A stretch of DNA of 63,998 nt, counting the filler, from Stramenopiles sp. TOSAG23-2 (lineage: Eukaryota), in the NCBI GenBank assembly GCA_900128395.1. It is 3 parts of 3 records of this genome, joined end to end, with 100 filler letters (N's around TTAATTAATTAA, not from the genome) between each part and the next. Parts side by side here need not be neighbours in the genome. Positions count along the whole stretch, not along the records: positions 1 to 22,726 come from LT649503.1; positions 22,827 to 45,547 come from LT649504.1; 1 more part is not named here. One strand, 5' to 3'. The translations under genes were made by a program, and so were the position numbers. Below, in pieces: positions 14,815 to 25,663 of the stretch; position 1 is the first letter of the stretch; every line of letters starts with the position of its first letter. The notes below the pieces were generated by a model, which was not told the DNA's origin, did not search any database, and saw nothing but the letters and a program-made list of their open reading frames with translations.

Positions 14815-17055
14815 ATGTTCAAATATACCATACAAACAATATTCAGAATTCACAACGGAAAACAACAAATATTACGCAATATGACATCATTAGCAAAATT
14901 AGATGCACCTATTGCTCCACAAAAACCGCATAAAGTAGCCTTTGGAAAAGTTGAAAATGAAAACAGAGGTGAAAATCCTTTCTTCCCTCTTCGATACCGC
15001 GATGACCCGTGGTTTTGGTTACGTGACGATACACGTAAAAATGAAGAGATTTTGGATCATTTAAGAAAAGAAAATGCATATACGGAGGAGAAAACAAAGC
15101 ATTTGACAAAGTTTCAAAAAAAATTATATGATGAGCATATTTCACACTTAAAAGAAACAGATGAAAGACCACCATATCCATATGGTCAATATTATTATTA
15201 TACGAAAACAGTGAAAGGTTTATCTTATAAAATGCATTGTCGTAAAACAGCATTATCATTGGAGGAATTAGCAACTGCGGCTGAAGAGACGATTCTTGAT
15301 GAAAATAAAATTGCGGAAGGCCATAAACAATGTGTAATCAAAGGTGTTAAACCATCACCAGATCATACTTTTTTAGCGTATAGCGTTGATTTCAAAGGTG
15401 ATGAAACGTATACAGTTAAATTATTAAATTTACAAAATGGTGAATATTGCAAGGATGTTGTTGAAGGCGTTGCTGGTGGTATTCAATGGGGTAAAGACAA
15501 TAATACATTTTTTTATTTAAGCCAAGACAAAGCAAAACGACCATATAAATTATGGAAACATATTGTAGGAACCGAACAAAAAGATGATATATGTTATTAT
15601 ACGGAGGAGGATGAAGTATTTTGGTTCGGACTCGGAAAATCAAAAGATGGTCGATATTTATTTCCAGGAAGTGGCAGTTCAGAAACTTCAGAAATACGTT
15701 TTATTGATTTACATGCAGAAGAGACCAAATTAGTTGTAATCCAACCACGTGAATTTGGTCTACGTTACGATGTTGAACATCGTGAAGGTATGTTATTTAT
15801 CTGGACCAATATGAATGATGCGATTAATAATCGTTTAATGGTAACAAGTATTGATAAACCTGGTAAAGAACATTGGAAAGAAATCATACCATATGACTCT
15901 ACCAGAAAAATTGATGAAGTGGAAGTATTTAAAAATTTCATAGTGATTCAAGGTAGACAAGATGGTTTGACTCAAATTTGGACCATGGGATTGAACGAAG
16001 ATTCAACCGTGAATCCACAATCGTTTAAAAAAATACAATTCAAAGAAGAAATGTATGAATGTGCTATTAGTACAAATAAAGTATATGATACAAATTTTAT
16101 TCGTACATATTATTCATCATTGACTACACCAGATCAATGGGAGGATTATAATTTCAATGATGGTACGTTTAAATTAGTAAAACAAAAAGAATGTTTAAAT
16201 TTCGATTCATCTTTATATGTTTGTAAGCGTTTATTTGCAAAGGCAAATGATGGCACACAAATCCCAATGTCCATGGTACATCGTAAAACAACGAAAGTGG
16301 ATGGTGGCAATACACCAACGATGTTATATGCATATGGTAGTTATGGTATTTGTATTGATCCATGTTTTCACCGGATGATATTGCCATATCTTGATCGTGG
16401 CATGGTATATGTCATTGCACATATTCGTGGTGGTGGAGAAATGGGACGTTATTGGTATGAAGAGCAAGGAAAATATTTAAACAAACGCAATACATTTAGT
16501 GATTTCATTAATTGTGCTGAACATTTAGTGGAAAGCAAAGTAACAAACCCAGACAAATTATCCATTGAAGGTAGAAGTGCAGGTGGTTTATTAATGGGAG
16601 CAGTTTTAAATATGAGACCAGATTTGTTTAAAATTGCAGTTGCTGGCGTTCCATTTGTTGATTGCGTAAATACAATGTGTGATCCATCAATACCATTAAC
16701 AACAGGGGAATGGGAAGAATGGGGTAATCCAAATGAAAGCAAATATTTTGATTACATGTTGAGTTATTCACCATATGACAATGTACGTGAACAACCATAT
16801 CCAAATATTTTAATAACATCTGGATTGTATGATCCACGTGTTGCATATTGGGAACCAGCAAAATGGGCAAGTAAATTACGTACGATGAAAACAGATAATA
16901 ATGATGTTTTAGTGAAAATGGATTTGGACGTTGGTCATTTTAGTGCAAGTGATCGATATAAATACATCCGTGAAAAATCATTCGAGCAGAGTATTGTTAT
17001 GGATTATTTAGGTATTGTTGATGAGGATTGTAAAGATGATGATGCGAAATTGTAA
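14815..17055 (+). CDS. ptrB: Oligopeptidase B (protease II, S9A)
   Basis: DPWFWLRDD, YAYGSYG, HIRGGGEMG, catalytic GRSAGG, DPRV and GH motifs; second ATG at 14881 after a presequence-like N-terminus. Confidence 0.95.
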   Translation: MFKYTIQTIFRIHNGKQQILRNMTSLAKLDAPIAPQKPHKVAFGKVENENRGENPFFPLRYRDDPWFWLRDDTRKNEEILDHLRKENAYTEEKTKHLTKFQKKLYDEHISHLKETDERPPYPYGQYYYYTKTVKGLSYKMHCRKTALSLEELATAAEETILDENKIAEGHKQCVIKGVKPSPDHTFLAYSVDFKGDETYTVKLLNLQNGEYCKDVVEGVAGGIQWGKDNNTFFYLSQDKAKRPYKLWKHIVGTEQKDDICYYTEEDEVFWFGLGKSKDGRYLFPGSGSSETSEIRFIDLHAEETKLVVIQPREFGLRYDVEHREGMLFIWTNMNDAINNRLMVTSIDKPGKEHWKEIIPYDSTRKIDEVEVFKNFIVIQGRQDGLTQIWTMGLNEDSTVNPQSFKKIQFKEEMYECAISTNKVYDTNFIRTYYSSLTTPDQWEDYNFNDGTFKLVKQKECLNFDSSLYVCKRLFAKANDGTQIPMSMVHRKTTKVDGGNTPTMLYAYGSYGICIDPCFHRMILPYLDRGMVYVIAHIRGGGEMGRYWYEEQGKYLNKRNTFSDFINCAEHLVESKVTNPDKLSIEGRSAGGLLMGAVLNMRPDLFKIAVAGVPFVDCVNTMCDPSIPLTTGEWEEWGNPNESKYFDYMLSYSPYDNVREQPYPNILITSGLYDPRVAYWEPAKWASKLRTMKTDNNDVLVKMDLDVGHFSASDRYKYIREKSFEQSIVMDYLGIVDEDCKDDDAKL

Positions 17056-17743
17056 ATTAAGTGTGTACGTGTATACACAAAGGTAATTTTTCTTCGAGAA
17101 TGATTTGTGTGTGTGTGTGTGTGTGTGTATGGAATTGAAAAAAATACGAGTACCACACCCGGTCAAAAATAACAAAAACAATGTTTTTTAATTTTCACGA
17201 CGCACACGAAAAAATATAATCTCCTCCCATACCAGCGCGGGCCAGTGCTATACCTGGTATAGCATATTATAAAAAATGTAATATATCATATAAAAATATT
17301 ACGTTTCGTATTTTATAATTACACATCATGATATATCATTATGTATTATAAAACACACACCTTAGACTTTTAAACCATCAAAGTATTTATATATATACTC
17401 TCTCGTGTTATATTTTCAAATGGTTTTAAAATCTAAAAATTGCGTCAATTTTAAATCTCTCCTGCAATTTAATAAAAAAAAGAAAAGAGTTTTTTTAAAA
17501 TGGTCGTACATCATACGAGCGTTCTCAAGTATAAATTATTGTAGTCATTTGATTCCTAGCTAAGGCTAGCTTTCCATATTTAAAACACAAAAAAATGCAT
17601 AAAAAACAACAAAAAATGCATAAAAATAATAAATATACAAGGACAACCAACACACATGGTGGTGGAGGAGGATTATCATCACGCGGTTGTATCCCATAAA
17701 CACGTTGCATCAAGATAGATCGAATAGATACAGTATATATACA

Positions 17744-19657
17744 ATGGGAGAAAGTGTAGTGTTGATCGTCTTTACGACCATCATTTTTATTTTATTATTC
17801 ACCTCGTTTCAAGCGGTGAAATTTTATATAGATCCACGTTTTAATGATTATTTAACGACAATTATCAGTTCCATATGTTTAATGTTAGTATTGTCATCTA
17901 TTTTTTTAATACCAATTGATGTATATTTAGCACAAAGTCGTAATGCCGTGTTAGCAGTCGATGCTGTCCTTGGTATATATCATTTTGTATTCATATTGCT
18001 ATTGATGCTATATTTCATTGTATTACCATTTGCATATTTTTATTATGATAGTCCAACGGATTGGTCTTCACGTAAGAAAATGAATAGTGCTTCGAAATAT
18101 ACATTTTTATCTATATTATTGCTTGTATTATTATTAATTGTTGGTATGTTAATAGAAGCATTTCGTTATCGTGGCGTTACTGATGCTGGTGGTATCTTGT
18201 TACTTTTTGAAAACAAACATTTTTTAGTATCAACGATGGAAGTATGCATGGGAATTTTGTTTTTAAGTGGAAATGTTGGTGTTATGATATATTGTTCGTT
18301 TGGATTAGCAGCAATGCCTATTTTACAATTTTTAAAACGTTGTAGTGATAATTTACCATACAACGATGATCCACATTTTAAAGGTCGAAATGAAATATAT
18401 CGAGAACGATCAATTAATTTAGAAAATAAAAAGAAATTATGGAGAAAATATAGATTGACTGGGAGAAAAATGAATAGATCACAACGTATGAAATATGAAG
18501 AAATCAATGAAAGAGAAAGATTATTAAAAGATCGTGAAGCTAGATTAATACCATCAAAACGAAAAACATATTTTTCTAATTTAGTTCAACGTCATGGTTG
18601 GATGAAAGTTATTATTGGAATGTTATTATTATTAGGATCGTGGAATATTGTATTTTCCATTATTATTTCCATTGTGGATAGATTTGGTCAATGTGAATCT
18701 TATTTAGATTGCCCAACTGGGTATTTAATGAAACAACGAAATGTGGAATCACCAATGGATTGGTTTTTATTATTTGTTTCACGATTTTTCCCTTTTGATT
18801 ACATTGTACTTGGTATTGTTGTATTATACTTTTTAATATCAGCAATACATGCCATGTCTAGTTTAGGTGTTCGATTTTTATTTTTTTTCTCTATATATCC
18901 ATTACGTGAGAAAAAAACATATCCACAAGGTATTATTTTAGCAACGGCTAATATAATTTTAATAATGTTTGCAATTACATTTCAAATGGCATATATTGCA
19001 CCACAATATACATCATTTGGTTTACAAGAATATAAAGCACCAGATGGCACTATGTTACCATGTACATTGATTATGAGTGTCGATTCAGCTATACCAACTA
19101 TACAACATATTGATACGCAACACCATGATCATATTGCAAAACAACATCATCATAATCATCATCACCACAATCAATTTTTAAACAACCATGAACAAAAGCA
19201 ATTTTTTCCAACATCGATGAAATTAACAAATGAACCACCACCATTTCCACCACCAATCTTTTTTGTTGAAATTGCCAGTAATGTAAAATCAAATAATATA
19301 ACAAAATTGTTAATTCCTAAAAATAATAATGCTACAGGTGGTAGAATTGGTGATCATAGTATGAAAAAAACACCAGCACAATGTCAACCATCTCAATTAA
19401 GTATGATTATTAATGGTTTAATGGCAAAATATAAATTTTTTGGTATTATATTCCAATATACTGAAATTGGATTTGTGTTCTTTTTTATAATCTTTAGTAT
19501 TATTAGTATTGGGCGTAATCCACGAAAACGTTGGATAGATAGTGATGATTTAAGTGATGATGATGATATTGATGAAGAGATTGCTAATGCATATTTTGAT
19601 GATGATGATGATGATGAGGATGATGAAGAGGATGAAAATGGTTTTGGGAGGATATGA
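17744..19657 (+). CDS. LMBR1-family membrane protein (LMBRD1-like lysosomal cobalamin escort)
   Basis: LIPIDVYL, VLPFAYFYY, GLAAMPI, FPFDYI, APQYTSFGLQEY motifs; acidic tail; first ATG at 17744. Confidence 0.85.
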   Translation: MGESVVLIVFTTIIFILLFTSFQAVKFYIDPRFNDYLTTIISSICLMLVLSSIFLIPIDVYLAQSRNAVLAVDAVLGIYHFVFILLLMLYFIVLPFAYFYYDSPTDWSSRKKMNSASKYTFLSILLLVLLLIVGMLIEAFRYRGVTDAGGILLLFENKHFLVSTMEVCMGILFLSGNVGVMIYCSFGLAAMPILQFLKRCSDNLPYNDDPHFKGRNEIYRERSINLENKKKLWRKYRLTGRKMNRSQRMKYEEINERERLLKDREARLIPSKRKTYFSNLVQRHGWMKVIIGMLLLLGSWNIVFSIIISIVDRFGQCESYLDCPTGYLMKQRNVESPMDWFLLFVSRFFPFDYIVLGIVVLYFLISAIHAMSSLGVRFLFFFSIYPLREKKTYPQGIILATANIILIMFAITFQMAYIAPQYTSFGLQEYKAPDGTMLPCTLIMSVDSAIPTIQHIDTQHHDHIAKQHHHNHHHHNQFLNNHEQKQFFPTSMKLTNEPPPFPPPIFFVEIASNVKSNNITKLLIPKNNNATGGRIGDHSMKKTPAQCQPSQLSMIINGLMAKYKFFGIIFQYTEIGFVFFFIIFSIISIGRNPRKRWIDSDDLSDDDDIDEEIANAYFDDDDDDEDDEEDENGFGRI

Positions 19658-20354
19658 GAGAGAGAGAGAGAGAGAGACTGTGTATATGATGTGTGTATGG
19701 ACCGTGTTTTGTGTGCACCCGTGTGTGTGGAAATTGATTTTTACTTTTAAAAATAAAAATATAAAAAATTATAATAAAATCTCATTTTTTACGAAACTCG
19801 CTTAATTTCACCACTCACACATGGTATTTTTACTCTTTTCATTTTCACAACACACACAAGATACATTAGTGCGTATTAAACTTCACTCTCCTCACTCCTC
19901 CCTGGATGCACTTTCTTACCACGGCAACATTGCATCAACCCAAACACAATTAACATTCCAATCCATATAAACATCCAAGTTCACACCATACACTATTTTT
20001 AGATCCATCCACATTCGGGCAAAAAAAGAAATGAAGAAAAGAGGACTATCTAGATTAACATAAACATAGCATTGATTATTAGTATAATATCAAATAGGAC
20101 ATAATATAACTATACATTTATATCATATACTCTTACCTCAAAATCATCAAAATGTAACGAGAATTATTGAGTGGCCATTGTGCATTTTGTAGTATTAATG
20201 CCACAGGAATCGTTATTACAGTTATCACACTCTCTCTATAGATAAATCTAAAATGGTACTAGACACTAGACGACTAAAGTCACACAGTAATATAATACAA
20301 GTATTTAAATTAAAAAATTTAATACGAGAAGTAAAAAGACATTACGTATTAATT

Positions 20355-21668
20355 TTATAAAGTATACCCTAAATACTCTTCCTCTGGTATCGTGGTCCAC
20401 GGAATACCATTATTTTGTGCACCACATAAAACAGTTAACATTTGTAAACGTGTTGGTGGAAAATAACACAATGGACCAAGTGTTAAATCCCGTAACCAAC
20501 CAATTGTTTTTGAATCAGATTGAAAGACTGGCGTTAAAAGCCTAGAATTTAATTGATAAAAACGCAAACGCCATTTTCTCTCTTCATTGTATTTATAAAG
20601 TGCTTCATGTACTGATGTTGACATTGTCTTACTATTATTATTATTATTTATTGAAGATTGTATTGCATTTGATAATACCCATGCATCTACTAATGCTAAA
20701 TTCGCACCTTGTCCTAGTTGTGGACTTGTTGCATGTGCACAATCGCCAATAAATGCTGTATTCGTTGTTTCATCAAATAATTTAGGCATATATGTATCAG
20801 AATATGTCGCTTCAATTAATTGATCGAAATTTTTAATTTCATTTAATAAATTAAATGTTTTTGGTTCCAACCTATACACCTCTTCTTTCCAATTTTCTAA
20901 TCCTTTTGCTTTAATCGATGAAAAATCAGATACTTTACATGACCAGAATAATGATACAAGTTCTTTATTTTTCTGTTTAGGGGAAGTACCTGTTGGTAAC
21001 AATCCTAACATTGTTTTAGCAGAATCTAATCTTTGATACAACGTTTTTTTATTTACAAAATCATTTTTTTTATCCGGTATTATACTCCATAAGCACCCAT
21101 ATTTATATTTTTTTTCATAAGATTTTACATGTTTCATATTTTTACGTATTGATTCTCTTCCATCTGCAATAATAATTAAATCAAAAGGCCCATCTTTTTT
21201 CCCATTGTCCATTGATATATATGATCCTTTCTTTCCATTTACTATTTCAACATTTTTTACATTAGCGTTTGTTACAATATTAATATTTTCATTTTCATCG
21301 TTGTTGTATATTTGATTGTATAATGAAGTAAATAATGCATCTCGATGTAAACCAATACCATATAATTTATCATTAAAATCAGCATATTTTAAATCAAGTA
21401 CTGTTTTTCCTTCTCTAGTTAATGAATGTAAATGTTCAATTTTTGCACCGTGACTTAATATATCATTTAATATCCCTAATCGTTTCAAAACTGTCAAACC
21501 TATTGGTTGAATCCCAAGTCCAGCGCCAACAGGAGATTCCAAATCATTTTGTGATGTCTTTTCAAATATTGTTACATGATGTCCTAAACGTTGTATAAAA
21601 ATTGCACTTGCTAGACCACCAGTACCCATTCCAACAATACCAATACGTAATGTTTGTTGTAATGACAT
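20355..21668 (-). CDS. FAD-dependent monooxygenase (group A flavoprotein hydroxylase)
   Basis: GMGTGG Rossmann motif, IIADG motif, GDCAHATSPQLGQGANLALVDA motif. Confidence 0.92.
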   Translation of the reverse strand: MSLQQTLRIGIVGMGTGGLASAIFIQRLGHHVTIFEKTSQNDLESPVGAGLGIQPIGLTVLKRLGILNDILSHGAKIEHLHSLTREGKTVLDLKYADFNDKLYGIGLHRDALFTSLYNQIYNNDENENINIVTNANVKNVEIVNGKKGSYISMDNGKKDGPFDLIIIADGRESIRKNMKHVKSYEKKYKYGCLWSIIPDKKNDFVNKKTLYQRLDSAKTMLGLLPTGTSPKQKNKELVSLFWSCKVSDFSSIKAKGLENWKEEVYRLEPKTFNLLNEIKNFDQLIEATYSDTYMPKLFDETTNTAFIGDCAHATSPQLGQGANLALVDAWVLSNAIQSSINNNNNSKTMSTSVHEALYKYNEERKWRLRFYQLNSRLLTPVFQSDSKTIGWLRDLTLGPLCYFPPTRLQMLTVLCGAQNNGIPWTTIPEEEYLGYTL

Positions 21669-21741
21669 TATTATTATTTTTAAAATTATTATATCTATAT
21701 ATTTCCTTCACTTAATTTTATTTTCCAAATTATTATTTATT

Positions 21742-21979
21742 AGATACTACTGTTTGATATTATTTTTTCCCTTCCCAATTGATATTATATTCCTGAGTTA
21801 GATTATACAATACAAATAATAATAGCATATATGTTTTCCCTCACGCCAGAAGATATATCCAGATACTACTGTTTGATATTATTTTTTCCCTTCCCAATTG
21901 ATATTATATTCCTGAGTTAGATTATACAATACAAATAATAATAGCATATATGTTTTCCCTCACGCCAGAAGATATATCC
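21742..21979. repeat. Perfect tandem duplication, 2 x 119 bp
   Basis: agatactactgttt...gaagatatatcc occurs at 21742-21860 and again at 21861-21979. Confidence 0.9.
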
Positions 21980-22726
21980 TAGACGAACTCATTTCATTTC
22001 AGAATAATATCTTTGTAGTTTTAAAATTGTTTTATTGTTTTATGCACAAAGTTCAACAAGAGCACAAGAAAGAAGAAAATGAAGAAAGAAGAGCAAAAAA
22101 AGAAGAAAGCGATCATCATATTTAGTATACTACCCGGTACAAATTATATATTGACTGGAAAAATACATATACTACGTGGTACAAATTATTTATTGATAGA
22201 GACAATATATTACTATTTAAGGTATTTACGCACTCGTTCAAAAATCAGCCGACGCGACATGACACGACGCGACGACGACGACGACGAAAAAAATACAAAT
22301 AGTTTGCGATCAACATGGCCCACTTGGAAAAACACGACGCCCACTCCCCCCTCCCCCCCCCCCCCCCCACCAAAAAACCCCAACAAAAAAAAACATAAAA
22401 AGGCAAATCTCAAATATTAAAATTTCCCCCAACAAAAAAAAAAAAATAAAAGCTGTTGGTGCTGCTGTAGCTCTGGGAGCTCTAATACTATAATATTCTA
22501 ATAATATTAATACTCGTATATTACATATTACCGATTACCGTAATATGTAAAATCGTAAAATCTAAATCTCGCTGTGGCACTCTGTGCTTCTCTGGACACC
22601 AGAGGCATTTCCTGGTCCAAATCTACGTTTTCCCACACTGTGCTCTGTGATAATGTGATATAATATGTAATATGATAATAATAATTCATAATACTTTTGG
22701 TATAGTTATTAGTATACTGGTATTAC

Positions 22727-22826
22727 NNNNNNNNNNNNNNNNNNNNNNNNNNNNNNNNNNNNNNNNNNNNTTAATTAATTAANNNNNNNNNNNNNNNNNN
22801 NNNNNNNNNNNNNNNNNNNNNNNNNN
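22727..22826. other. Artificial contig spacer (44 N + TTAATTAATTAA + 44 N)
   Basis: 100-nt N run with an all-frame stop linker; identical structure at 45548-45647. Confidence 0.97.
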
Positions 22827-23122
22827 TGAAACATTTTGACGCTTGTATCCCTTGCTGTGTCAATGCTATTAATTAGCAGGTATATAGCAGTGAAAATGGA
22901 TGGAAAATTGGGACGTGATTTATATAGAAATAATTGGTCACTAACAAGTATAAGCTTCCTATCAAAAGGCAAAAATGATTTTATATAGATTCCCCCCACT
23001 ATGCACCTGCTAATACAATAGTATCGAGATAGCACTCACATGATGGATATCCCTTGCTATGTACCTCCTAATTAATAGCATCGACACAGCAAGGGATACA
23101 AGCGTCAAAATGTTTCATAGTG
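22827..23122. mobile_element. Non-autonomous CACTA (En/Spm)-type element, left CACTA cut off by the contig start
   Basis: 63-bp inverted arms 22827-22889 and 23055-23117 with 3 mismatches; right end reads ...TTTCATAGTG (reverse complement of CACTATGAAA); degenerate internal copy of the arm near 22995-23035. Confidence 0.75.
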
Positions 23123-23129
23123 TAAGAAA

Positions 23130-23622
23130 TGCCGGCCAGTCGATGTTCGGTAACAATTGTGTGTATACTTAAATATTATATTTACCTATCAAATACACAA
23201 ATTACAACAGAGTACAGAGTACAGAGATGGATTCGCGATGGAAAAAGAGATCGAAGGCAGTATACATCGGAGTATTATGTACATTTGCAAAATACGTTAA
23301 TGAAAGACACATTTGATCGTCGTATCAATCTTCAACAAAGTGATCTGTCATGTGGCTGGAATCTGTCATGGCTGGAATACAAAACACAATTTTTACAATA
23401 CTGCATTATAGTGATGAAGAACACAGTAAATTATTACGTAATTATTACGATATTCTATGATGATGATGATGATGAAAATGAAATAATCGGGTTTTCAGGT
23501 TTTCAATATAAATTTTGAGTGTGTGTGTGAGTGGAGTTTTTTGGATTAACATTTGTGTATTTGATAGGTAATAGTGTTTAAGTATATATACAAAAAATTT
23601 GTACCGAAAATCGTCGACTGGC
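23130..23622. mobile_element. MITE/foldback family B, copy 1, with a ~280-bp internal insertion
   Basis: ~75-bp inverted arms (gccagtcg...ctatcaaatacacaaat); core aatcgg(g)ttttcaggttttc shared with the copy at 29116. Confidence 0.75.
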
Positions 23623-23891
23623 AACAATTATACCTTATACCAGGTATCAGGTCACTGCAAAAAAAAAAAAGATATGATGATGCCTCTGAATTTACATCAC
23701 TGCAACCTAACCAGGCTAAACCACTCTGAATTTTTTATAAAAAAGATACATATTCGTCCTGTATATATACAATAATCGTCTATATGGAGTTTTGAAAGAG
23801 TTATCAGTTCAAGTGACAGATTTGATACAAGAGAGTATAATATTTCATTCGTATCAATTTCAGTACTAGTATCAAAATTGCTTTGCAAAAG

Positions 23892-25424
23892 ATGGCATCA
23901 TCTGTTGTTGCAGGAACAACCTCATCACAAGGACGTCCACAAAGAACGAAAAAAAAACAATTTACTTTGTATGAACCTATTTATGTTATATGGCCTAATG
24001 GGAAAAATTATCCCGGTTATATTACCAAAATAATTGCAGATGGTGCTATGTTTGGAGTGGTCATGGATGAAACTAAAGATTCAGCCGCTTGTTACTCTAA
24101 TGAAGTGAGACCAAAGTATTTAAAAAAACGACCAAATGGGACACCGTATGATCAATCAAAGTATCAAGATATGAAAGATGATGTACCCCCAGATATGAAA
24201 GGTGCAACTCCTAAAACTGAGAGAAAAAGAAAGCGTTCTAAATCAAAGATGAAAATCAAACAAGAAAAAGACATTAAATTATTTAGCATGAAGAAACCAA
24301 AAGTAAAGAAGAAGAAGAAGAAGAAATTACGGTCAAACACAGAGAAAAAAACAGCATTTGAAGATATGGCAACCCTTCTGGTGAATAAGAATAAATTATT
24401 GAAGCTCAGAGAAAATCAAAAGCCATCACAAAGTACCAACAAAGAAGAAATAAGACTAAAAGAACTTTTAGAAACAGCAAAAGCTAGGTTGGAAAGTAGA
24501 ATGAATGCAAAACGAACAAAGAAATCAAAATCACCAACAGTGTCATCTTCTTCCTCAGAGGTAAATGATAAGCCAAATTTTCATCATGTAAACTCATTTC
24601 TTAAGACACCACCTGGGGAGAAAGGTAGTGGCAAGAATATAAATGTGGGGTTTGGTTCATTTATACGTGAAAAGCTAGTAACTGTTGGATTTTTTAGCCT
24701 GCATGATGTACTTGGAACTTCTAGCCCTGGGGGGATAGGTGCTTTTCTGGATAATGCCAAGAAACTAGTGCAAGAACAAGCATCTCATGTACCAGGTGCT
24801 ACTCAATTTGTAATACGGGATGCATTAAAAATGATGGCCCCTGATCATGACATGAGCGATTGTCGACAAGTTGCAACATGGCTCACCAATGTGAAAAAGG
24901 GTGATTATATCATAGTTCGGCATAATAACAGGGACAAAACCACAGCACAAATGCATTACACACCTAAAAAACTAAAAACATTGAATAATGGAAGCTATTC
25001 ACCAGTTTTTGCTTTGATGAAAGTGGTCAGCCCTCCAAATGAGTGCGATGATAATGGACAAATGAAGAATGTAGCAAAAAAGTTATATGTAGAATCACCA
25101 AGTATCAAATTGCCATACCACTTTAAGAATTACAATAATAATAATGGGAACGGTTGGGGAATGCATGCTGCATATGCCAGAGTAGAATTAATTGGCATGG
25201 GGTTGATTGAGGATTTACAGCATGACACACGCAAATATCTTACTGCAGTGTGTCAACCAACGCTATCAACATTTAGGAGAAAAATGGGAGGAAATGGTGG
25301 AAAATTCACTAACAGAATGGAGAAAGACTTCATTAATACTGCAAAAAAGTTTGCACTAAAAAGTGATGATTTCCCTGAGTTCATAACTATTTCAAAAAAC
25401 GACTTGAAGAAAAAGCATCAGTAA
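23892..25424 (+). CDS. Nuclear protein: Tudor-like N-terminus, Lys-rich linker, putative PUA/SRA-like C-terminal domain
   Basis: IYVIWPNGKNYPGYITKI...FGVVMDE Tudor pattern; poly-K NLS-like tract; C-terminal VTVGF...QVATWLTNVKKGDYIIV pattern; first ATG at 23892. Confidence 0.7.
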   Translation: MASSVVAGTTSSQGRPQRTKKKQFTLYEPIYVIWPNGKNYPGYITKIIADGAMFGVVMDETKDSAACYSNEVRPKYLKKRPNGTPYDQSKYQDMKDDVPPDMKGATPKTERKRKRSKSKMKIKQEKDIKLFSMKKPKVKKKKKKKLRSNTEKKTAFEDMATLLVNKNKLLKLRENQKPSQSTNKEEIRLKELLETAKARLESRMNAKRTKKSKSPTVSSSSSEVNDKPNFHHVNSFLKTPPGEKGSGKNINVGFGSFIREKLVTVGFFSLHDVLGTSSPGGIGAFLDNAKKLVQEQASHVPGATQFVIRDALKMMAPDHDMSDCRQVATWLTNVKKGDYIIVRHNNRDKTTAQMHYTPKKLKTLNNGSYSPVFALMKVVSPPNECDDNGQMKNVAKKLYVESPSIKLPYHFKNYNNNNGNGWGMHAAYARVELIGMGLIEDLQHDTRKYLTAVCQPTLSTFRRKMGGNGGKFTNRMEKDFINTAKKFALKSDDFPEFITISKNDLKKKHQ

Positions 25425-25663
25425 AATGAGATACACACAATTTAATGAGATCTGTTGAGGATTCTTTTGAAATCTGAGTTCTAATTACTTACGAAACGTT
25501 TAGTATTAGGGGTATGTATTAAAATATGAAGTAAAATCTAATTATTATTTACGCTTACGACTCCTCGTTATACTAATATTCTTGCTCAGTATTTAAAAAA
25601 TCAGCAGTGCCATTAAATTGAAATTAATTTTACTGTACACGTCGTATGATATTACGAAGCTTT

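Noticed and set aside
19890-20230. Possible small spliced gene on the minus strand
   Set aside because: A GTAAG donor and a TM-like stretch are present, but no consistent start or open frame could be built
22079-22420. 113-aa Pro/Lys-rich ORF and its antisense ORF
   Set aside because: Produced by homopolymer and microsatellite tracts near a contig end
22727-22826. TTAATTAATTAA palindrome inside N runs (also 45548-45647), and gene adjacency across the gaps
   Set aside because: Synthetic concatenation linker; flanking contigs need not be neighbours
23129-23518. 129-aa ORF inside the MITE as a transposase
   Set aside because: Runs through the inverted arm and shows no DDE or other transposase motif
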